A stretch of 64,000 nt of DNA from Podarcis erhardii (lineage: Eukaryota): NCBI GenBank assembly GCA_964252035.1, contig OZ176201.1. One strand, given 5' to 3'. Positions 12,601 to 23,600 of this stretch are shown here, piece by piece. The notes under the pieces are model-generated. The model was not told where the DNA came from. It made no database searches and worked only from the letters and a program-made list of their open reading frames with translations. A program made the translations under genes and the position numbers. How positions within the stretch are numbered: the stretch's first letter is position 1; the number at the start of each line of letters is the position of its first letter.

Positions 12601-15600
12601 AGAGCAAAACATGTCTGCCAGGGTCTCTTAAAATGAGAGAGCGAGAGAAGCAAAGCAAGCTGGGAACAGGAACTACCCTACCAGCACAAAGGCTTACTGA
12701 TGGGCTGGACAAAGGGCCATCCATAAAAGACGTCAGCCAGATCTACTGGGGCGCTCGTCGTCGGAACACCGTTTCCAGTGGTGGTAATGACAGAAAGGAA
12801 ATGTGACAGGGAAAATTCCAGAACTTCCAGGCTGTTCTAGGTGAAATGGACCCTTTTCCTTCCAATAGCCAAGGCAGTCAAGGCCTTAAGCTGTGGGACT
12901 CCAGGTCTACTTCATCCTTCTTCTCTCGTACTGTGAGTTCAAGGGCCCCTCATGAAAATCCGCAAGTGTCTCCTCCTACTCTGCTAAACATGGGCACTGC
13001 CAGGATCAGCTGCCAAGTAAAATTTGGATTTCAACACACAGCTAGTTTAGGGGAGGGGAAAAAATAAAACAAGCCACCAGGCATGGATTCTGTCACTTGT
13101 TTTCATCCTGCCCCTAACAGATTCGTCCTAAGGCCCCTGAGTTTCTTTTCTTAGCTTGTTTGAACGACTTGAGATCAAAATCTTGGAAATGGCTTCAGGT
13201 AGGAGGGTGTGTGCTTGTCAAAAAGGCACCCTGGTTTGACTTGCCCTAGTTCAATCTAGGCCGAGGGCTTCCACTGCTGCCAGGTGTTTGGACAGGTGTT
13301 GGCCTCACGTGCTTGGAGTGAACTAATGATTCTAGATTCCCTTTGTGAGCAAAGCTGATGACAGGCTGCGCTGTCGGGCAGGTGGGGAGGGCACACATGT
13401 AACTACTTGCGTACTGAAAAGGGGCAGGTGTTGCCCTCCTTCCCACCCTCCCTGCAGGAGGGGCGCGGCAGTGGCCCTTACCTGGTGGCCCCCGGAGTCT
13501 CTGCTGGAGGGGAGCAGCCATCTGGCAAGCCCAGTTAAATCTGGGGGGAGGGTGCAGCGGGCCCTGAGGGGAGCAGGAGGAGTATAAGATAAATTATCTG
13601 TCAAGGATGGGTGCAGAAGAGCTCCTAGCTGACAGACAAGCTCTGCCTTGTGGTCCTTGAGGGAAGAGAATGGAACGAGAAGGACAGGAGGATCGCTTCT
13701 TTGCAGAGGCGGGAGGAAGCTGCACGGGGAGGGTGCAAACAAACTTGGGGGGAGGTGGGGGTTGAGGCTGCAGGTCTTGTTTATGGATGGCCTCTGACAT
13801 GCGGATGTCTCTTGCTGTTGCTAGCTGACTCTAGGCTGGCAGTAGCACTACTCATGCAGTATGCACACTTGGCGCATGCATGCGTGCGTGCATGCATGCA
13901 AAAATAAAACCAAAACCAAAAAAGATACAGCGCTCCTTCACAGGCTGGCCAGAGGCCTCCAGAGCCTACCTGGAATGTGGAAATGCTTAGGAGCTTGGTA
14001 TGAGGTTGGTGTAGAAGACCTCACATCTAACTGGCTATAGTAGGGGGAGCTGCGCCCGCTCTCTGTTCCTTGAAAGAGCAGATTGGAGGGAGCAGCGGAG
14101 AAAGAAAGAAAGAAAAAGAGAGAGACAGAGAGAGAGACAGAGAGAGAGAGGCAGAGGAGAATCGGTGTTAGAAGCAGCCATGTTAGAAGAGTAGCAAGCC
14201 ACCTGTGAACCAATGATGGGGATGCATGAATGATGGAGGGGTGGGGTGGGAGGTGGTCATGAAGACTCCTACACGCCACGGTGAGGGGAGGGGTGCTGGG
14301 TCCACCGATGAAGAGGAGCCAGAGGAAAATCCCACAGGTGCATGTCATCAGAGACAGTTCTAAACCTATTCCAGTAGTACCCAAAATTCCATGCCAGGAT
14401 TTACCCGGCAGCGCTAGCTGGTGCCAGAGGTTGCAGGCTCAGTGACGGTTGTACAACTTAATTCATTTTGGCAGAGGCTGAGGTTCTGGTGGGTGGGTGG
14501 GGGAATATGCTACAGGAGACCCAGAATAAGCCAGTTCTGCTAGACATGCTTTTCTCTGCGTTTTTTCCTTCTCTGCTCTGCTCTTTTTCCTAAGTGCAAC
14601 ATGTCAAAACCCAGTGCCAGTTGTGTTCATGCTGAAGAACTCCTTAGCACCTCTGTCCGTGTGCCTATGAATCCTGGCGCATCCGTTGCTTCCCACATCA
14701 TCTGCTCCTTTCCGTTTCACCACTAGCGCAGGACCTTGAAGTTTTGAAGTGGCCACAGAAAAGGGAGAGCGGCATATGCACCAGTGGAGTGTGAAGTCCC
14801 AGTAATCAACCCATCTCTACCCTGAGGACAGACAGTAGCAAAGTTGGCCAGGTGTCCAGAAATGTTCCTCCGTAACAGAGGAAACTGGCCTAGGGAGTGT
14901 GCCCTCTTTGGCCTTCTCCCCACCACCACTGAGACGCGAGGCTTCGCAGTGCAAGCTCTTCTGGGAATGGGAAGATGTTCCGGCCCTGAATGTGCCTCGG
15001 AGAGAGGCGCATATGTCCTGATGATGCCACAGCGCTGGTTTCTGCTTTGCATGTGTACTCCGCTTACCTGAGCGATAATAATGGTGCGGTGAGCGTGGGA
15101 TGGTGGGGGACATGCCTTGGCGGCTGTAGGTGGGGGAGTCGATGTAGCCGGGGCTGGAGGCTCGCCTCTGTCGGATGTCCATGCTTTCATAAATATCCTG
15201 GGAAAGGGAAAGAGCAGTGATGGCAAAAGACTCAGCCCTTAGCGAGGTGCAAGCACATGAGACCCCTGGCCAGCGATGTGGGTTTTCTGGAAAATATGGA
15301 ATTGGAAGATATTCCAGAAATGTTTTCCTATGCAAATACACAGGGTAATTTGCCTCAGAATATTTCCAGTTTGCATTGGGGGAGGGGGGGAATTCTGATG
15401 CCCTAAAGCAGTGATGGCCAAACTTGCCCCTCCAGCTGTTTTGGGACTACAATTCCCATCATCCCTGACCACTGGCCCTGTTAGCTAGGGATGATGGGAG
15501 TTGTAGTCCCAAAACAGCTGGAGGGCCAAATTTGGCCATCACTGCCCTAGATAGTGATCTAGTTGAACATGTTTATTTTACTTGTATTTAAAAACTTTGA

Positions 15601-15785
15601 AACTTTCCTGATATTTGCAGTTGGCACCCCTTCACTGTTATTAAATGAACCTATGGACATTTTCCATGGGAAAACAAAGCATTAGGAAAAGTTTCTGTCC
15701 CACATCACTGCCCATTGCGCAAATCCTAGCCCTCTACTTTTGATTTAATTTTGTGCAGGTCAGACTGTTCTCTTTCTAGTCAAGG

Positions 15786-15859
<74 letters not shown>

Positions 15860-18800
15860 TACAAAGACAGTTTGCTTTACCCTGAGCATTCCTAATTTAA
15901 CATTGTCATGGGGGACGGTCACCTTCCAGTGTCTAACCACAAGGCTTAGTAGCAATGCAGTTCGACCCTTCAGTACCCAGCCAAGGGGCTTTCATGGTCC
16001 AGCTGTCAGCAGACAGTTCCTCAACTCAATGCCACATGGGCCCTCATATTAGTCTTGTGTGCCGTATGATTACCTGAGAATACGGAGAGAGTGTTCCAAG
16101 AGACTAGAAGTGACAGGAGACCAGAGACAAGCCACGAGGGAGTGAAGAGCGAGGAAAGAAAGAGAGTGGGGGGGAAATGATTACAAGCTGACATGAATGC
16201 TCAAGGCCACAGCACAGTTCATCTTCCCGCAAGTTACTGTCCACTTAGCAAGACCTACAACCTTATTAGAGCTGTCAGGGGATTGAGAAAACCTGGGAGG
16301 GAGACTCCAAAGTTAACACAAAGGAGGAGCAAACGTGTGTGTGCGCGCATGTGTGCGCGTGCATGTGTGCATGCAGCAGGAGTCCTCACTGGAGTTCCCC
16401 ATCTTTCAATGAACAACCCACCCTAAGCTCCAGCCTTTTCCCTTATTGCCTCCACATTTAGCAGTTGTTTTTTTAAGCTCTACATGTGAACAAATATGGG
16501 TTTAATATACAATAGAACATAAGATGGCACACCCAAGACTACGGATATTATATTAAACTCCATAGGATCCTGCTTTCACTACTGTAGGGGATCAGCACAT
16601 ATCATAAAGGATGAGTCTAGCATGGCAGATGCCATCAGTATGAGACATGAATCTGGCCAGCATGAGCACCACATATTCCATGTATTAGACTTATGCATGC
16701 TCATTCAAACATGATAAAGATGCCGTCCTTTAGCAATTCCACTCTACCTTCATTCCTTTTTTACTTCTTTCTCAGGGAAAATGAATGCCTGCTGTGGTTC
16801 TGACCCACCCTGCAGGTTCATATTGAACTGCTGCTTCTCCTCTACAAAATACAAAGTACTTTTAGCACATACAGTGGTACCTCGGGTTATGGACTCTTCA
16901 GGTTACGTTACAAACGCTTTAGGTTATAGACTCCGCTAACCCAGAAATAGTACTTCGGGTTAAGAACTTTGCTTCAGGATGAGAACAGAAATCGCGCGGT
17001 GGCAGCGGGAGGCCCCATTAGCTAAAGTGGTGTCTCAGGTTAAGAACAGTTTCAGGTTAAGAACAGACCTCCAGAATGAATTAAGTTCTTAACTCGAGGT
17101 ACCACTGTATTCACAAGAGCAATGCTTGTGAAAGCAAGAGTGAAGATATGAGGTACCATTCCTTTTTGGAAAGCTCACTCCTAAGGCTTTCCAACTGCAG
17201 CAAATGAAGCAACACTCCCGACCCGGCCTGGCTGCAGTGCACTCAATATAGGATCAAGAAGAGCACAGTTCAGTGCAAACATGTCAGGAAATCTGCAACT
17301 GCAGGTACACCATCTCTGAGCCCTGCAAAGTGAGGCTTCCATGAACAAGGGGAGAATGTGCATGCTATACCTTTAAAGCACATTTCCCTCCTCAAAGTAT
17401 TCTGGGTGCTGGAGTTTGTTGAGGATTGCTGGAGGAAACTGTGGGCTCATCCATGCATCTGCTTGTCCCGCTGCTTTCTCCCTGCAAAAATCTGCTCTTT
17501 GCCACTGAATCAGAGCCAATGTCGATCGGGTTTTGCACAGGTTGACATTTGCTCCGATTCAGAGCAGGTTTTCCTGGGGAAAGCAGTGTGGCAAACAAAA
17601 AATCGCCCGGACCTGTGCCTAGGAAGAATGGGAAACACATAAAACCTCTTGGATCCATGGTTTCTAGGCATGGGACAAGCAAAGTGTGGATAAGCCCTGT
17701 GTGTGGTACAAACTAAAGTACCTAGAATTCTCTTTTACATATTTTTTCCCCACAAAATTGTGCATTTTATCCTTTCTCATTTTTGTATGCATCTTATTCT
17801 AAAATGCACAGTTTTGTTCACATTTTATTATAAAATATGCATTTATGCCTGCATTACGGCACTTTTTAAAAAAACAACAACTAGGAACTGTATCACAAAA
17901 TTTGGAGAATCAAAAAATCTATAGTGAATCAGTGAGCACCTCCATACTTCTGCACATCTGAAAAGAAAGCCCTGGCTTGTTTGCCTCATTTTCTGCTTCA
18001 AGGCTATTGTGATCCCCATGCTTTTCCAATCTTCAGTGAGGTTTGGACATATGAAGACAAAGCTGAAGGGAGCTCCTTGGATGTGTTTGACACTGAGGGA
18101 TAAGCCTTAGGAATTGTTCCTCAAATAACTCTGTACTTCTCACAGTACATTTAAGTAACTGGATCTTCATCACTTACCCCTGAGTAGACCACACAGACTA
18201 TGGGTGGTAATCAACTAAGCTTTACTCAGAGGAGACTCACTAAAATTAATTAATATAACTAAGTTAGGGCCATTAATTTCAGTAGGTCTACTCTGAGAAA
18301 AACTTAGTTGACCCCCCCCCCCCCAACTGGAAGGTGTTGTGCTTTCCCCATCTATATCCCTGTAGCAAGGGATGGAACCAGTATACTCAGAACAGGCCTT
18401 ACATGGACATTTTCTGTATATTGAGAAGGTGGCTACTTAGCAATAAAAAAATTGGATTTTGCTTTTGGTAAGTGTAAGAAAAATGTATCGTGACTCTCAA
18501 ACAACTCAATCAAAATGAATAGGGTTACAGCACAGTTGGGGAACATGGAAGTCCAGCATCTGGAGTGCTACAAGTCCCAGCAGCCCCAGCCAGCATGGAT
18601 GATGGGACTTGTATTCCAACAACATCTGGAGGTTCCCCAGATCCACAGCTATAGTTTATAGAGAAGTCTTTCTACCGCAGACCTTGCTGGCTCCCTACGT
18701 CCCAGGTGAAATGGCTAAGAAGCTGTACCTCCCCATAGCTATATCTCTCCAGCGTCTCGTCCGATGTGTATCTGTGATAGGGCTCATAGGAAATGAGGTC

Positions 18801-20640
18801 AGGGCGCTGCACCTCGTAGATGGCTTTAATCTTGGGAAGAGCGGCCAGGTCTTTGTAATTAAGGATCTCATTATCCACTTTAGCCTAAGGAAAGGGAGAG
18901 ACAAAGACAGAGACGCGAACACAAAGAGAAAGGTAAAGAAAGGGAAACTGGGGGTGCAAGGGTAAGAAGGGGCAAGTTGGAATAAACAGGTTGAAGGCAT
19001 CATCAGAACAAATGGAGCCAGATTGTTACCAGAGGTGAGAAATGGGAAGGATTGAACCTTGGAGGAGGTGACAGGGGTTATCCTAGGTAGATGAGGCAAC
19101 AGTGGGAAAGGAGAATGCAGGCCAGGATTGGAATCAGTGCCATGAATTGCCTTGGCTAAATGCATCTGAACCCTTTGAGTCAGATGATGCTCAAAGAAGC
19201 CATATCAGCATCAGGGCCCTTTGGCAGTAAGGCATTCAAGGACGTGGTGTAGACATCTTGGGCTGAAACTGCCAAATGTTTGCCTTTGTTCCCAGTCCAT
19301 AAGAATCCATTTCTCAATGCACGTGGGTGCATTGGATGATCACTTCTTTTCACCTTTCCTCGGATTGCGTAAGGGCATGTCTTCCCAAGCTTCACCTGTA
19401 GGAGCTGCAATGCCCAGTCCTCCAGCCACTACATGGCCTGCTTCAGCCACAGAATTGTACTTACACAGATGACTCTGTTGGGGGAACCAATGCTTGAGCC
19501 AGGTGGGGAGATGGATGTTTCTGAAGTTCTTCTGTGCTGTGTAGACAGAAAAGGAAGGAATGAGTTGCAAATGAAGCCAGCCTTCCTTCCAAAACCTGGT
19601 CCCCTCAAGATGTTATTGGGCTACAGCTCCCATCATCCTTGACCACTGGCCATGCTGACAGGGGATGATGGAAGTTCGAGTCCAACAACATCTGGAAGAC
19701 CTCATGTTGGAGAAGGCTGAATTAAACCTTCCTTGTCTCTTGCTAATCAGCCACACTGAAAGACACAGTTCAGCCATCCCTAACCTGAGTGAGTTGTGCA
19801 TCTTTAGTAAAGGCAAATTGGTAATCTACCTGACTATATTCCTTCTGCTTAAAAAGCCATAATTTCTGTAATTTTGCTGCACTTTGACTGCAGTTTGCAG
19901 GAGGGAAGAAGATGTTGTCTATGATTATGTTTTCTTTAGTAGTACATGAGAGACGCAGGGTGCTGGGAGGGACACTCTGCCTGTCATAATGTGTAGTTAT
20001 GCTTGAGACTCTAAAGGCATGTTGCACAAGGTTTTCGTTGCTGCACTGCGGTGCACTGAATCATGTCACCTGATCCCTGCAAGCCGTGTAGCAGTTTGGC
20101 CAATTCATGCACCAACCCAAGCTAATTGACCAGAATGAATGGCTGCTCTTCCCCTCCAAAGTCACTTTGGAGCAATATTTTAGGGGTGATGATGAAACAA
20201 TGTGAAATCAAGAGACAAGTCCTTGCATCTCTTGCAGTATCGCTTACAATCTTTGGTGTCTAGGAATGCAATGATGAGGCATCCCATCTGGAGTCCTGTC
20301 CTATTCTGACCACCGTTTCCAGAATACAAACGGCCTTGGCCCAGTATACCCAAAGTAGCATCTCCACCCCCATCTTCCAGCTCCGAGGGCCTTCTGGCGG
20401 TTCCCTCACTGGGAGAAGTGAGGTTACAGGGAACTGGGCAAAGGGCCTTCTTGGTAGTGGCACCTGCCCTGTGGAATACCCTCCCATCAGATGTCAAGGA
20501 AATAAACAACTATCTAACTTTTAGAAGACATCTGAATGCAGCCCTGTATCAGGAAATTTTTAATGTCTGATGTTTTACAATTTTTTATATGTGCTGTAAG
20601 CTGCCCAGAGTGGCTGGGGAAACTCAGCCAGACTGGCAGG

Positions 20641-20689
<49 letters not shown>

Positions 20690-23600
20690 AAGAACAGTTC
20701 TAGCTAAGCAGGAGATATAACTCACTGCCAAGAGTCTGACCCTAATCTGGCTGCATTTTATTTTCTTGACAAAATGCAAACTCAAGTGGTGATTCAGTTC
20801 CTGGAATCAGAGTTTAGCTCTGTTTTGATTTAGAGCATGTAAATTTAAAATAAACATTTAAAACATGGGAATTCAAATCTAAGGCAGAATTACTGGATCA
20901 TACCAAAGACCCATCTAGGCTAGCATCGTGTTTTCACAGAGGCCTAATAGATGCCCAGGGAATGTTTGCTAATAGCACCTGAGTGCAACAGCAGGAATAC
21001 TCACCCCATGTTTTACCTACTGTTGATTTTAATAATCTTTTGACTGTTTTAAAATAACCATTTAAACCTGTTTTTAGTGATAGTTTTAATATTTTATGTT
21101 TTTGTAAACAACTTAGAAGTTTTTTTATTTTGCAATCAAGCAATATGTAAATGTTGTTAAACAAACAAAATTAACTAAGAAGCAGGTAACAGCCTCTTTG
21201 GTAGAGAAGCCTGGACAGGAATCTATGCCCAAGAGTTGCATTTGCATTATAGCCAAAACAAGAAAGGTGGCAATTGGATAAAGAGGATGCTGAGAGCCAT
21301 TTCATAATGCATGCAGAGACTGTGTTTGCCAAGGATGCACCAGCTATTATGCTGGTGTTCACAGCTGTGCATCTTCAAACATGTAGCTGACATGTACCAA
21401 AGAGCCAGGATCAGCATATTCCCATTTGGATCCTTAAGCGTTTGGATACTTTTGTGTGTGTGTACATGATTATAACAATTGCTGGTGCAGATGTAGACAG
21501 TGTAACAGCTGTGTACAATATAAAGTGGTTCAAGACTATGAAGATAGGAGAAACAAGAAATAAGTCCACAGTCAGTCTGTACTCCTTGGTTAAAGCTTCA
21601 AAGCTTCAAAGCCTGTAATCTTAGTTCAAGTGTATATATCCCTGTAAAATCAAAGCCTTTGGATGCTAAATTTAAGGCTTCCTCTCCTTTTGCAATTGCT
21701 TTGTAGAAGGGCTATGACTTTCAAAGCAAGTAAATAAATGAACTGGCTATCTTCCAGCCTCTAATAATATATTTCCACTTGAGGAACTCCCCCAGCCAGC
21801 CGTTGCCAAAATTCTCCTTCCCATCCATTCCCAGCTCCATCTTACCTTTAACTTTTTTTCTGCTCGTGCTGCTTGTTTGCAGATAGGATGCCATACTTCT
21901 GAACCTGGAACAGAGCAGAAGGTGAGGACTGCAGTGCTGTCCAGCTGTGATTCTGATTTACATAACATTACCCAGGCTCATCAAAACAATACTCCTGAAA
22001 GCTTCATTGCTCCTTGCTCCTGACCCTATTACTGTTCTCTCCTGCTGCAAGGTGGTCTGTTCATTTTACCCATCTGGTTCCTATTATTGAGGTCCTAAAT
22101 CTCTTTGTACCAAAAATTCCATTTTCAGTGGCAAGCTTATTGGCACATCCAGCATTTGTATCACCCTTCTTTCAATACTGATTAGAACTTTGATAGTTTT
22201 TGCTTGGAACTAAGAGGATGGTAGCAAATTCATTCTACTCATTGTGTGAATTGACAGAAGATTTCTACTAGCAAGGGTCATGTCCATTTCTGTGATTACA
22301 TGTGTGGCATGTTCCAACTTTGTAACATTGAAAGCAACCAAGAGGCCATCTGGTCTAACACTCTGCCATAAGGCAGGACCATCCAATCCCAATCCTGCAA
22401 TTTGTGCAATCCCCACACCAGGTTGCAATAAGCAGAGGGCAGATGCAATTGCAGTAAAATGCCTCGAGAGCAAAAAGTTTGACTAAGTCAAACGAGAGCA
22501 CAAAAATGTTATATCTGCATTAAGGGAAGACAAGTAGTTCCTCCTACTGTATGATGGCTATATGTAAGACAAAGGGTTGGAAACTCGGTTAACAAACTGG
22601 GTATTGGTCCTGGATGCCAGTACAGAAGGAAATGAAGATCAGCAAGGTTATGTGCAATTCCACCCCCGTAAGGCGCGCTCTGGAGTGGGAACGGAGTTGG
22701 TCAAGGCAAGTAGTTGACGGAGAAGGGGAAGGCCCAGCAGCCTCAGAAGAATACAGCAGTCTGCTTACTGAACCCAGAAGGCAAGGCCTTCCCCGTCTAG
22801 CTGGCAATCTCCACTTGAGGAGAGAATCCTTGCCCTGGCTTCTCCTCTTCACCTAGCAACATAACTGGCACCATTGTCTGTGGCAGGTTGTAGCAGAAGG
22901 CTGCAGCAACAGACAGCACTAAAGCAATGCTAAGAGAGAAAGCAGTGGATCAAATATATCAAACAGAGAAGTCTTCAGGGTTCCCTAAGAATCCAGGGCT
23001 AGTTCTGAATAAGGCAGTCCAGAAAATACAATGCAAGACAATTCAATAAAACCACCTTGGGTGTTTGGGCAGAAAGGCAGTACATCAATATATTAGATAC
23101 ATAATATCAATCCTCAATTGGATATGGGTGGCCATTTTAGAGTGAAATTCAGGTTCTCTTCCCCTCACTCATCTGCTTCCCTATAGCAGGGAGGAAAGAG
23201 ACATGCTTTCAGACTTAGAAGTGACGCTGCATGCCATTGATTTTTATTGACTTTCCTAAGACTTCCTAAGATTTTTATTGACTTTCCTTTCACCTTAATG
23301 GTGTGGTCAAAGGAACAAACTATCAGCTGGTGCTGAAAAGGAAGGATGCTAGGAAGAGACACAACACTTGTACTGTAATATGATTCCGCATGTTTCAAAT
23401 CTGTGGCTGTATCATCCTCCCATGGACATTTTACTATTGACCTAGGTCTCAGAGCTGACTAGTCCTGGCTGCTGGTAAAGGTCAGGATAAGATTACAGCT
23501 GTTGTTGTTATTCTTGCATGCTATCTACCCAGCAATTCATAGACATCGTCCATCATCCAACCTGCCAGACGGATACCTGGAAAATGTATAACACTGCCAT

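Noticed and set aside
12698-12742. Possible 45-nt phase-1 cassette exon (cagtag|ATCTGG..ATCA|gtaagc)
   Set aside because: Good donor, but no pyrimidine tract before the AG and no recognisable peptide.
14817-15067. Exon 13 frame stays open 83 codons into the intron (possible intron-retention C-terminus)
   Set aside because: Roughly a 5% chance per donor at this GC content, so about one is expected among 18 donors; no phase-1 downstream donor or polyA signal was identified.
15215-15224. 10-bp match (CAGTGATGGC) between the exon 13 branch-point region and the MITE TIR
   Set aside because: Too short to compete with the MITE's own ~58-bp hairpin; plausible by chance.
15523-15532. Perfect CArG box CCAAATTTGG (SRF site)
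   Set aside because: It is part of the MITE terminal repeat, with no independent support for function.
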